Source: the human T2T-CHM13v2.0 reference genome, Homo sapiens. Taken from it: 64,000 bases of DNA. The notes beneath the pieces are model-generated. The model searched no databases, was not told the origin of the DNA, and saw only the letters and a program-made list of their open reading frames with translations. Position 1 is the stretch's first letter; the number at the start of each line of letters is the position of its first letter. The translations under genes and the position numbers were made by a program. The DNA is taken from NCBI RefSeq assembly GCF_009914755.1, contig NC_060925.1. One strand, given 5' to 3'. Below, piece after piece: positions 48,631 through 64,000 of the stretch.

Positions 48631-50531
48631 CTGCAGGAAAGATACAGTGTAAAACAGACCTGACCAATTTTAGGGTTTTAATCCTTCAAATAAACTAATG
48701 TCCATGAAAACAGATGCAAAGTTTTTAAGCTAGCCTCATGATGAAGAAAAAAATAGCTTTCATGTGCCTGGTTAAACAAACTTTATTTAAAACTGACACC
48801 TACATTTTTTCCTAGTCAAGTTAAAAACCTTTCTTGAAACCAGAATCAATGTAAGTTCTTCCTAGTTTGCCATTTAATGCCTCAATTTAATGCATAAAGT
48901 ATAAAATTTCTAAAAATGTGCTGTAACCAACTAGTCAAATAAATGAAAAACCAGAATCAACATACTACGTTACATTTTGAAAGATAAAAATTATTAGCTT
49001 CACACAAGGTTAACAGAGATGACCGTATCAGTTAAGAGCTTATATATCCAGGTATTATATTGCATAGAAATTCTACTAGGTCAATCTTTAAAATTAAAAC
49101 AAATCCAGCATCAAAAATCATTCCCTTTCTCTCTATACTAAAAATAGCAAATTTACTATGGTGTAGGTTCCAAACAGTCACGAGTTATTTCCTCCTGCTG
49201 CTGTCAGCTTGCTTCTTGTCTCAGTAATATGTTCTGTTAGCATTTACAAAATCTGTTTTCATACTAATCCTTTTCCCTAGGGAATAAAGTGAATTCTTCC
49301 TACCACATATTTGTCTTTGAGCACTTAAAAGATTCATCAACTGTATTTTCTTCCCTCATGTATTCTGGTATCTAAGAACCTTCATTTATCAGTCTATTTT
49401 TTGTGCTTATGTTTCAATGCTTTCTTATTCAGCTTTAAAACTTAATTTTTAGCTAAACAGTGCAATGATCTGCCTGAAAACCGAAATACTTGTGCCACTT
49501 TTAAAAAGTTCTGTTCTCCTCCCCACTCCCCAAGAAATCCATAAATGCAAAAGTACACATCGGCTAGCCTGAGAGCTTAATCTACACTCTGAATGTAGGA
49601 AACTGACTGCTGCTGCACGTCCTCCCCCCTTCATTTCATTCTGACTCCGTCTCTTGCACCTCCTTCATCAGGCACTCCCACCAATCCTACCTTCCACCCC
49701 CTTAGTTTTTCTTTGTGTGTATACAAAACGGTGGTTTTTGTCCAAGGTCGCTGTCTACCTTCACCCTATGTTAGGTATACAAGGCCACCTAAATTGTATT
49801 TGAAAACAAATGGTTCACCAGATCAGATGTCCCCTTTTCAGAGGCGATCATCTTCTTGGTATTAAACTGAGATTTCAGACTAGTTAGGGTTAGGCCTCTT
49901 GTACACACACACAAGGGCCTTTAAACGACATCAACACTGTATCTTCATTATTCGCATCAGATTTATTCAACAACCTCTTTCCAAATGATCCCAGCCCCTC
50001 CGTTCCCATAAACACTTGTAGGTGATTGTCTTTCCTGATTGGTAGTTTGCTTGGGTTGTTGTCTGCCACGGTTGGGGGTGGGGAGGTGTCCCACAAAGAT
50101 GCCTCCAAGATACACTTGAAAAACAAATCCTCCAAGGTTCATTATTTCCACCAGCTCTAATCCACCCCTCCCCCAACACATACAGAAACACACTCCCGCA
50201 TCTGTCTTTATTGACAGACAATTAAGCTCTGAAGGTGCGTGGGGAGAAGTCATTCTTTGGGTTTCTCCTAACCCTTCCTAACCCCTCAACGCCTGTCTCG
50301 TCTCACAATTTGTCAGACTGATTGATTTTCCCCTATTTCCTTTCAGGTCCGCTCCTCCTCCCCGGTCGCCCTGAGCCGCGTCCTCCTGTGTACTGGGTCC
50401 TGCGTGCCCAGCACTCATTCTCTTTGACCGAGCTCTTTCAAGCCCCCCTCCCCCCTCCGCCCCTTCCCCTACCCCCCTGGAGCCTCCGTCCCTCGGTCTG
50501 TCCATCACCAGCTGCCGGTAAGGGATACTTA

Positions 50532-51344
<813 letters not shown>

Positions 51345-51537
51345 TCAGGGTAGGAGGGTGAGGGTGAGGGTGAGAGGAGGGGGAGGAGGAGGAGGGGGAG
51401 AAGGAGGATCCGGGCCCTTTCCCCCCCCCCTCCCGGAGGCAGCTCGGGGTGCGCGGCCCGGGGGTCGCGCCGGGGGGCGCCGCGGGGCGGCTGCGGGGGC
51501 GCGGGGCCCGCCGCTGGGCTGAGCCCCGGCAGTGGCT

Positions 51538-51556
51538 GCGGCGGCGGCGGCGGCGG
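51538..51556 (+). repeat. (GCG)6 trinucleotide repeat in the WDR26 leader/promoter
   Basis: gcggcggcggcggcggcgg. Confidence 0.9.
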
Positions 51557-53599
51557 GCGGCAGCGGAGGCAGCTGCCGCCTCTGTCCTCGGATCCGCTCC
51601 GCTCTGCTCCCTGGTGTGTTGATTCTTCCCCCAGCTGCTGCCTAATGGAGTCCAGGCGCTCGCGTCACAGGAAATGCCTATACTGCCCTCCTCACTCACT
51701 TCCGGTGGCAGGTATGGAACCTATAGGGGGCCTGTCACCCAGCACGTGCATCGGGGGCTGTCCCGGGGGTCAGGGGAGGGAGGCCAGCGGGCCGGCGGGG
51801 TCCGCCCCGACCCCATCCACGACCCCGACTCCTATCCGATCCTATCCCCGGCCCCGCTCGGGCCTTTCCCCTTGCGCCCTGGCTCGGCTGGCTCGACGAG
51901 CAGTAAGTTCGTAGCCGCCCTCCGAAGCCGGGCGTGCATGGGATGGCAGAGTTGGCGTGCGTGCGTGAGTCCACCAGTGTGGCATGGGCATGTAAGGTGC
52001 GCGGAGGGACTGCACCTTCTCCATCAGGTGCAGAAGGTGAGGATGGGGCAGGGGGCTAGGAGCTTCGACAGGCAGGAACTTCCAGGCACAGGGCTGTGGT
52101 AGGCCCCTCTCAATGGTAACCAGGACCGAAATCGGGTTTCACAACCTACTTGTTTTAGGGTGGAAAAACTTGAATTTCCACAGCCAAGTGCCACACAGTT
52201 GCTGTACCCGGGGCCATCCCGGGAGCTGTGAGATAATGAGCCGGTGAGACTCTGCTCCACCCTGGGAAGGGGAGTTAGTCTAGAGGAGCATATCTTATGG
52301 GGACAAGAAGTCACAAAAAGGCTGTGTGGTGTGTAGAGAAGGGGAGGGACTCTGCTGTTGAGGCTTCACTCTTTTTTAGCACTTGCCCAGCACCTCCTTC
52401 TCTCTTCCAGCTGCCTCTTGAGTCACTGCCCAGTTTAGGGAGCAGTAACATAAACCAAACAGTTGCCTCCAAAATATGCATTCTGAGAAGGATTCAGGCA
52501 CCCATTCAGATCCAGGCTTGAAATTTTTACGTGGCATGTGAGCCTTCTGTGTCATCATGACTTACCAATTTATGTGAATGTAGAAATGCAGCAACAAAGA
52601 CTGGGCTGAATCTTAATCATTGGCAAATGGTGTGCATTATCCCCAAACAATTATTTTCATGTATGTGGTTGATAGCATCTATACTCAATATGTATAAAGA
52701 TTTTCTCAGAAATTTAAAGTCTTTCTCTGAAGTAGTTTTCCTGTGGGGAGGGGAAAAAAAACACCTTAGTTTCTAATTAATACATCATACATCGCTGATA
52801 TTTATTATAGTAATAACTGAAAGTAATTTTGAGGCCTTTGGAGACAGTTGTTTTTAAATTTGGAAATACAATAAAAAATGATGCTGATGAGAAATTAGTA
52901 AAGAATCCTGAGGTTTATGGATCCTCAGACAGGAAGAAGTAAGAGGAAGGTCAATGCAGGATCTTACAGGGATTTGGTTTTGTAGTTCTTACTGCTTAAA
53001 TTTGCTTCCAGGTGGCAGCTGTAATTGCAAGGTGACTCACATACAGTGTTTATATTCACCTGAGGCCGACCTGAGTTCTAGTTGAGGTTCATAGAGCTCT
53101 GTCACTGTATCCAGCAGAGCCTGAATTACTAGATAGTTAACACCCTCAGAGAGCCCTGTTTGTATATTAACTTTAGACAACCTTATTATTAAAAGTGTTG
53201 TTTAGGCAAAATTTAATTTTTGCAAAATGGTTTATAATAATTTATTAGGCCCATAGCAACATTGAAGACTTGCTTCTGAATAAAGACTGTAGGTTTTATA
53301 AAGGAAATCAGTCACTTCATGGCAGCTACAGACAAAGCTCACACTTCATTAACAAAAGTAAAATGATGAAAAATAAATTGGATTCCATTGCTATCTAAAC
53401 TCTATATTCCAGTTTTTCTAATTTTTAGGTAACCAACACTGCTCGTGTTAGAATTCTGAATTTATAAAGTCCCTTACAGAACATTTTTCTCTGTACTAAA
53501 ACACAGCTTGAGAATCTGTTATCTGAACTCTGGGTCTCTAGGTCTTTCTAAAGCCAAGTTTCAGGTCTATGTGCAGATGAACAATTCTGAAATACCACT

Positions 53600-53900
53600 C
53601 TACACACTGAGGAACCTTCAGTAACACCACATTACCTACAGAATAAAATCCAAATTCTGTCTTGCTCACCACAGGTTGCTTTCAGTCTTTCTTTTTGGCT
53701 TCATCTCTTATTGCTCCTCTTCAGGGACCTGTCTACTGTCCGCCAAATGTACTGGCTCATTTCTCCTTGAGAGTCTTTGACTACACTCTCCCGTCTTTTC
53801 TTCACCTGTCTGATGCCAGTCAGTCTTTCAAGACTCAGCTCATTTCAAACCTCCTCAGGGGAGCCTTTCCTGACTTCCACTCTCCTAGCCGTCATTGTGG
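53600..53900. mobile_element. L2 fragment
   Basis: acagaataaaatccaaa...tctttcaagactcagctc...cctcctcaggggagcctttcctgac. Confidence 0.6.
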
Positions 53901-54419
53901 GTGTCATTTATTAGGCTCCTCAATCACAAAGGCTGCTTGTGATGTAACTTGCTAAGACCCCTTCTTCAGGTCATCAGAGAGAAGGCTTTCTAGACCTCTG
54001 TCCCCCTGATTTACCTTCCCCTTTTCACCCTCCTCCTAAAAAGGACTAAGATGGGTTTAGGAACAAAGGTCCAAGTTATCTTTTAGAAAAAAGAAATCAA
54101 GTGTGTATTTTGATACTTGATTCATTTGTATTTGCTTCTGTACTGTTTTAAATAGAGACCTGTTAAAAACGGGTCTCTATTTGACCCATCTTGTGTTAGG
54201 TTCCAAATAAGAGGTAACTTCTTGTCCTTGAAATAGCAAACAAGCCTTTTTCACATTTCTCACCTTTTTTCAGGGATGCTGTAGAATCAAATATCGAGTA
54301 GGTAGTGGAACTAATTGACCTCCAGGCCTTTCCAACTGTAAGAGGTCTGTGAACTGTATGAGACTCCCAACTAATGTATAAATTCCTTGAGGGCACGATC
54401 TGTGTATTGTTCATATAAG

Positions 54420-54670
54420 CCAGTATTTTTCAGCTTTTGGGTTGTGACCCATTTGTAAGTCATGGAATCCATTTAGTGGGCCATAATTTGTATTTTTAAA
54501 AATAAGGTGGCAAAGTATAAAAGCATAGAAGATATCCAAGTGAATCACTCAAAAGAGGGGTGATTATTATTTTGTGAAATTTTTGTTTCAATGACAGACA
54601 CATGTCTATGCTTTACAAAGTAAAATATATTTCTTCTGTAGGCCATTGTCAAAAAAGTTTGAAAAACGTT
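54420..54670. mobile_element. hAT-type DNA transposon relic inside an L2 fragment
   Basis: cagtatttttcagctt...gtgaccc...caaaaaagtttgaaaaac. Confidence 0.45.
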
Positions 54671-54697
54671 CCTATAAGCCAGTCCAGACTAGACTAG

Positions 54698-55207
<510 letters not shown>

Positions 55208-56411
55208 CCAAGACAATATCTTAACTGTAAAAATTAAACTCTACCATATTTTAAAAAGCTGAGATAGTATAAATGTTTATAATAAAACATAAAACCAACA
55301 TTTCTCACAAGTCTTTGTAACTAGTAGAGACTGTAGTTGTTCTGTCCAGATATAAGTGTGGTATATCAACTTGGCACTTAGCAACATTGATATTTAATTT
55401 GTTAAATTTTTGTTAGGAAGAGGTGTTTTCAGATCTCAGGTGTCTTTGGGAAGGAATATTTTTATATTTATATCTCCAGCTTCATTCCTAGCTTTTCTTT
55501 GGAACACTAAAATTGTCCAGCTGGACTTGTTGGGCCTGGGTGGGATTGGGAGAATTCAGGAGAGCACAGTTCTTGGGCCAGAACAGTTGGTCAGCTGATT
55601 GACTCTAGGCAAGTCATTTAACTTTCGCAGCCCCTCAGGCATGTCATGTTTAAGTGGGGATAATGACATTGGCATACCTGCTTGCTAGAGTTAATGTGTG
55701 GGTCATGAGATAACGAATATAACAAATATTTGGAAAAGTACTATGTTGAAATATTTTAAAATAAAATTTAAATCCCTCTTCATTTAGAAAGGATTTGAGG
55801 CAGCTAAATGCAGAGGTGTAAGATGGTTTTTTGGTTAGGATTGTTTCTGAGCTGTGACTCTGTAGTCACTTTCTTACTCAGCCCTGCCACTCAGCTGTAT
55901 TCCTCTGTAGCTCTGGGCAGACGACTCTGAACACGGCTTCATATTGGCCTTCCATGAGTGGGTGAAGGGCATAGTCATCTGGCAGTTTTACCTGCTGTTC
56001 TATGCATGTCTCTCCAGCGCTTGCTTATTTTCCCCTTCTGCAAACATTCCATTCATGCCATGGGCATTCAGTACAGTCCTGTAAGCAAGGGTAGGGGCGG
56101 CACACCAGGTGGATTTAAGCGCAAAGACAGGACGACTGCTTTGCCACAGGCGCCTTTACAGCCAGCAGTGAACAGTTAGACATATTCACCTTCCTCTAGG
56201 TGGAAAACAGTCCTCTTCTCAGTAGCCCTCTCATGTTCTTGAGACCCATTTGATATAAATAACAATGTTGCAGGAAATTTCCTGAAGGAACTGAAATGAA
56301 CCATAGAAACGAGATCGTTCTTTTCCTACCACACAGCTGGGATTAGACTGCTTAGTTTGTACTTGCAGCACTTTTGCAGTATGGGCCGTATTAAAAAAAA
56401 AAAACATTTAA

Positions 56412-57375
<964 letters not shown>

Positions 57376-57642
57376 GAAGCATTAAGAGCAAAAAGAAAGT
57401 GGTAATCACCATGTACTGATATGGATATAGTACCAAGATATGTTATTAAGTGAATAATGCATGTTACAAAACAGTGTGCATAATATGATGCATTTTGATA
57501 AATAAATTTATGTATATATGCACATATTGTTTTCTCTGGTAGGAAAGAAAAGCATAAACAGGGTTTCTCTTTGATGGATGGAGTGGGGTAGTGAGGGGAG
57601 AAGTTCTTATTTTTCCATTTAATACTACTCCTTGGTGTTTGA

Positions 57643-57965
<323 letters not shown>

Positions 57966-58863
57966 AGTATGAAGTATTTTTAAAAAGTGCCAAGGGGTTA
58001 TTTGGGTTGTGAGATTGTATATAATTTTTCTTTCTTTTTTATTAATGTTATGCTTCTAAAGCACACGTTTTTAAAAGAACACTCAAAAAACATCAAAATG
58101 TTCATAATAAAAACATGCCAGATAAGGCAATGTTATTAAGTATATTTGACAGTAAGTATTTGTTTTTCTAAATCTCCTTCTCATTACCCATACCTCTTAT
58201 ATTCTCACACTGCCATCTCTGCACACACCCACCCCATCTCTCATTTGGTTAAGTTCTTCTGGGGAATAAAGGGCAAAAAGGCATTCCTATTTATTAACTT
58301 TGAAAAGTAGATAAATAATTAATAGCCCCAGGAGTCCCTGCATAGACTCTAACAACAGGCCCTTTGGGCAGTCTTCCTTCTTCTCAGTTTCGAATGTGTT
58401 GTTCATCCCTCTGACATTATGATAATCACAATAATCAATGGTAAAACACAATTATGACTGTTAACAACAAATTCTAATTATCATAAGAAAATGTTTCTGA
58501 ATATGTGTATGCATCCCCTGTAGATGTAATGGACCAATAACTAGGCATTTAAAACAGAAAAATTTTAAAGACTGTAGTAGATTATTCATAAAGTTTAAAA
58601 ACTTATTGAAGGGATCTCGAGGCTTCTTCAGTTAATTGTTATTTTTTAAAATTATGCTCTTTACTAAATAATACTAAATGTATAGGCAAACATGAAATAT
58701 TATAATAGCCTAAATTTTAAAAAATTTATTGAATGAAAGACCATGAATGTCAGTCATTAACAACAAAAAGCAAAACAATAACTCTTAGCTTCTTGTGGCT
58801 AGTGGAGGGGTGCTTAGCCAACTCAGGACTAACAGAGTTTGGGAGATTTATTGATTCCCTTAA

Positions 58864-59152
58864 TTTTTTTTTTTTTTTTTTTTTTTGAGACAGGGTCTTC
58901 CTTCATTGCTCAGGCAGGAGTGCAGTGGCACGATCATGGCTCACTGCACCCACCTTGAGGTGGGCTCAAGCAATCCTCCCACCTCAGCCTCCCGAGTAGC
59001 TGGGACCACAGGCATGCACTACCACACCTGGCTAACTTTTTGTAGAGACAGGGTCTCCCCATGTTGCCCAGGCTGGTCTTGAACTCCTGGGCTCAAATAA
59101 TTCTCCCGCCTCAGCTTCCCAAAGTGCTGGGATTATAGGCAAGAGCCTGGCC
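58864..59152 (-). mobile_element. Alu (AluJ-type)
   Basis: Diverged dimer. Confidence 0.9.
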
Positions 59153-59449
59153 TCTCTTACTGGGGTTTGTATCATCACACATAACAGTAGCGTTTCTCTA
59201 TAAATTCCTGAAAAATAAGGATGTACATTTTCTGCTACAGCTCTGACCCCTTATTTCAGAATGTCTTTTTCTCTGTCCCCAGATTATTGACAAATACTGT
59301 GGCATAGAAGTAGATGTGTTTTTAAGATTTAGCCAGAGTGTCAACAACACTGTTCTTTTCATTTTGTTTCCTAGTGCCCAGTTGTTCCATTCTTAGCCTT
59401 TTTTTTCCCTGTGATGGCGCATGTCCACAGCAGGGCTTCTGTGATAATG

Positions 59450-59640
59450 AAATAATAGAGCTAACACTAGGAAGACAAGGTTGTAAGTGCTTTACATATA
59501 TTGTACTCTTTTAATCTTCCCATCAACCTTATGAAGGCTGTATTTTCATTAGCCACATTTTACAGGTGAGAAACTGAAGCACAGAAAACTTGAGGTCATA
59601 TAGCTGGTGCGTGGCTCCAGAGCTGTGTTCTCAACACCTT
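59450..59640 (-). mobile_element. MIR
   Basis: taagtgctttacat...ttttacaggtgagaaactgaagcacaga. Confidence 0.75.
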
Positions 59641-60504
59641 CATTACATGACTTTTTGGAGACGGCTTGTGTTAGTCCGAAAAGTAGCCACTGTTTAAATT
59701 CCTTAGGGGTTAAAAGGAAAAATGGAGCAAGTCCTATACGTTCATTTTTGAACTTTTCCCTTTTTGGGTATATGAAACTTCGGCTCCTCACCTTTGAAGC
59801 CTGTATCATTTCATTAACCTAATTAGTAGTAGGTAAGTAAGCCCATTAGGGACACTAAAAGATTTTCTTTCCTCCAGAAGCTATCACAGGGGGTACCTGA
59901 ATGCTTTGTACCAAAGGTAGAGTTCATTTCTCCAAGAAATCCTTGTTGAAACAGACATTATGTCCAGTAGGGATAGCACACTAAGCTAGGCGTTAACTTG
60001 GAGATTTATCAATTTAGAACACTTCATCTTGAAATGGCAAAGGAAGGCAAGAAGGAGGAAATGAATTTTCTTTCCCTGTGAACTGAGAAGGCTTCCAAAC
60101 CTGGAGGGCTTCCTGGGAGACACATTAAGTCAGAAGGCCCTAGCTAGGTTTATATTTACAACTACTTGCATCTATCTAATGAGGGTTTCTAAATTGTGTA
60201 GGCCTGTAGTAGTCTAGATCCCTGGAATAAGAGCCAGACTTGATTTATACAGGAATTCATACTTGATTACTCCATTAGCAGCTCCAGCTAGGTCAGCTGG
60301 CAAAGGAAGCCACAGATATCTAACTGAGATGAGGCTCGATAGCATAAGCTTAATATCGAGGGACAAGACAGGAAAGGTCAGCTCAGGGAGAATACAGGAG
60401 CTTCTTTTAAGAGTCTTCTGTTTTAGACAAAGCAACTGGGCTACCTAGAGACCTTACCTTGGCATACACCCCAAAGAATATAGGTAAATGATTGCTCTGC
60501 CCAA

Positions 60505-60562
60505 TTATATATATAGATAGATAGATAGATAGATATCTATAGATATAGATATATATATATAT
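60505..60562 (+). repeat. (TA)n/(GATA)n microsatellite
   Basis: tatatatatagatagatagatagatagatatc...tatatatat. Confidence 0.9.
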
Positions 60563-61204
60563 TTTTTTAGGCTGCTTCTCTGAGAGTAGAGACACTGTCA
60601 CCTGTGCTGGTCAGTGTGCAGATGTGGTTTGGGATGTCCTCTGTTTCAGAGACTGCCTGATAGTGAGGGGATAGCCAAGATGATTTCTTGAGGTCCCTAT
60701 AGCCTAGGGATTCAGTGTTTATGGAAGCTGCATTGCTACTACATAATCTTATTTGATTAGCCCAGGTAGGGGCAGAAGACAAGAGTCATAAATAGGCAAA
60801 CAGTATAAAACCTTGGATTTGTTCTAGATTTTTAAAAAGTTTTATTATGCAGTATTTTAAACATACATAAAGGTAAAGAAATGGTGTAGCAATTCCCATG
60901 TCCCCACCATCCAGCTATGATAGCTATCATCTATGCTTGTGTTATCTGTCCTCTCTCCTGATTATTTTGAAGTAAATCCAGGATATTATTTATTTATAAT
61001 ATATTTACTTATACTTCGGTATATAGCTCTAAAAGATAAAACCTCCTTTTGAAAATATTGCCTTAATACCATCATCACACCTAAAAAATTAATATTGTCA
61101 TCAGATATGCAATTAATCTCAAAATTTTCCAACTGTCTCAGAATTTCTTTTAACAGTTGGCTTGTATGAAGCAGGATCTAAAAAAGGCCCACATGTGGCA
61201 TTTG

Positions 61205-61792
61205 GTTTTTTTTATTTTTATTTTTATTTTTATTTTTGAGACAGAGTCTCGCTCTGTTGCCTAGGCTGGAGTGCAGTGGCTCACTGCAACCTCTGCCTTC
61301 TGGGTTCAAGTGATTCTCCTGCCTCAGCCTCCCAAGCAGCTGGCTTGTGCCACCATGCCCAGCTAATTTTTGCATTTTCAGTAGAGGCGGGGTTTCACCA
61401 TATTGGCCAGGCTGGTCTCAAACTCCTGACCGTGTGATCCACCCTCCTTGGCCTTCCAAAGTGCCGAGATTACAGGCATGAGCCACCGCGCCCTGCTGGT
61501 TTCTTTTTTTTTTAGACGGAATCTTTCTCTGTCACCCAGGCTGGAGTGCAGTAGCGCGATCTCGGCTCACTGCAACCTTCGACTCCCGGGTTCAAGCAAT
61601 TCTCCTGCCTCAGCCTTTTGAATGGATGGGATTACAGGCGTGCGCCACCACGCCCGGCTAATTTTTGTATTTTTAGTATAGATGAGGTTTCACCATGTTG
61701 GTCAGGCTGGTCTCAAACTCCTGACCTCGTGATCCGCCCACCTCGGCCTCCCAAAGTGCTGGGATTACAGGCATAAGCCACCACGCCCGGCC
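61205..61792 (-). mobile_element. two tandem Alus (61205-61496, 61500-61792)
   Basis: Head-to-tail dimers. Confidence 0.9.
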
Positions 61793-62034
61793 CTTTTTTT
61801 TTTTTTTTTAGTAAACATCTTTATTAAAGTATAATATGTAGAAAGGAGTATATACATCCTTAATTGTACAACTCAGTTTTTTCTAGTGAACGTACCCGTG
61901 AAACCATCACCCAGGTCATGAAATAGAACGTTACCAGGACCCCAGTAGTATCTTATTGTAGTTTTAATTTGCATTTCTCTGATGACTAATGGTGTGTGTA
62001 TATAAATACATAAGTAAGTGTATGTATAGTCCTA

Positions 62035-62466
<432 letters not shown>

Positions 62467-63887
62467 CTATTATTGATGTGTGGAATTCTGTGTATATTCT
62501 GGATGTGAGTCCTTTGTTGGATGTATGTACTGCAAATTTATTTTCCCTCTGTGTGGTTTGCTTTTGCTCTCTTAATGTTGTCTTGATGAACAGAAGTTCT
62601 TAATGAAATCCAGTTCATCAGTTCTCTTTATGGTTTGTGCTTTTTGTGTTTTACTTTAGAAGTCATTTCTCGTCCTCAAGGGCATAAATATATTCTTCTG
62701 TGTTATATCCTCTGGAAGTTTCAACGTTTTGCCTTTCATGTTTATGTCTACAACCATTCTGTAGTTTAGTTTTCTGACTGGTGTGAGGTAGGGGCCACAG
62801 TTCATTGTTTTTCCATGTGAATGTCCAGTTGACCCACACCACAGGGTAAAGAAAATCCTTTCCCCCCTATCTTGCAGTGGTGTTGTTATAAATTAGAGCA
62901 CTGTATATGTGTGGGTGTGTTTCTAAACTCTCTGCTCAATTGCTGTATTCACATATCTTTATGTTTTAACTGGCAAAAGTTTGTGCTGATACCATACTGA
63001 CTTACTTGCTGCTGTAATTTTATAGTAAGTTTGCCATTTGGTAGTATAATTATTTCAACTTTGTTTTTTTTTTTTTTTTTGTCAGTATTGTCTTGGCTAT
63101 TCTGGGCCCTTTGCATTTCATATAAAGTATAGACTCATCAATTTCCACAAAACAATTTGTCAAATTTTGATTGGAACTGCATTAAATATTTGGGTCAATT
63201 TGGGGAGAACAGACATCTTTATAACATTGAATCTTTGTGTCTAGGAATATGGCATGTTTCTCTACTTACATAGTTCTTTAAGTCTTTAATTTTTCTTAGT
63301 AATGTTTCATGGTTTTCTGTGTAGAAGTCTTGTACATCTTTTTCCTAGGTATCGGATGTTTTTTGATGCTAACGTAAATGGTATGTTTAAAATTTCATTT
63401 TTCTCTTCCTGTCCTAATGTTAAGACTATCAACAGGGACTTCATCATCAAAGATGAACGCCCACATCAGTAGTATTCTTTAGTCTTGAGTTAAGGAGCTT
63501 CATTTAAAAGTCTACTGTTAAAAGACTCAAATTAAGTCTGAATTCCACTTAGAAATAATTTAATGATACAGCTGGTGTTTCATTATTTTTAAAGAATCAG
63601 ATTTAAATTCCCCCTTTGGAAGCACTGGGAAGAGGGGGATTCAAAGAAGTCTATCTAGGTGAGGAAGGAAAGAGTCTCCTGGGCAGAACTCATCCTAAGG
63701 GAGCTGGAGCCAGACTGGACCCAGCTGAGCCCGTAACAAAACCCTGAGGGAGGGAGGGTAGATGGTGTCGGTCACTCACTTGCCTTCTAGCCTGGGTGCC
63801 CATGGACTCATAGCTCATCTCAGTCCTTTGGAGGATGGTATAAGAAGGGAGGGCTGCAAGTAAAAATGTAAAGAACTTTTAGGAATT

Positions 63888-64000
63888 GTGTTAGGGTTCT
63901 CCCGAGAGACAGAACCAATAGGATAGATCTAGATCTATAGATATATGAGAGGGGGTTTATTAGGGAATTGGCTCACTGGATTCTGGAGGCTGAGAAGCCC
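63888..64000. mobile_element. MLT2-like (ERVL) LTR end, runs off the window
   Basis: tgtgttagggttctcc...gacagaaccaatagga...ggaattggctcac...tggaggctgagaag. Confidence 0.75.

Overview
Human (primate) genomic DNA containing the complete WDR26 gene on the minus strand (1q42; LisH/CTLH-WD40 subunit of the CTLH/GID E3 ligase). I traced 14 GT-AG coding exons by hand. From ATG 50954 to TGA 6646 they sum to 1986 nt, i.e. 661 aa plus stop. The frame stays open upstream to an ACG in perfect Kozak context at 51254, giving a 100-aa N-terminal extension (761 aa) with an NLS-like motif. Also present: a ~4.7 kb 3' UTR lacking recognisable interspersed repeats and carrying several poly(A) signals; the MIR4742 hairpin ending exactly on the intron 11 acceptor; a CpG-island promoter (~50.3-52.0 kb) with + strand splice donors suggesting a divergent first exon (possibly distal CNIH3); a 32-nt U2 snRNA retro-fragment; about 50 Alu elements or fragments; and MIR, L1, L2, DNA-transposon and LTR relics. 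Most ORFs in the supplied track are Alu translations or chance ORFs. I see no wholly new gene system. The best leads are regulatory: non-AUG initiation, competing splice donors, a candidate poison/terminal exon, a distant branch point, and a perfect 21-bp intronic inverted repeat. Repeat boundaries and subfamilies are approximate, called by eye.
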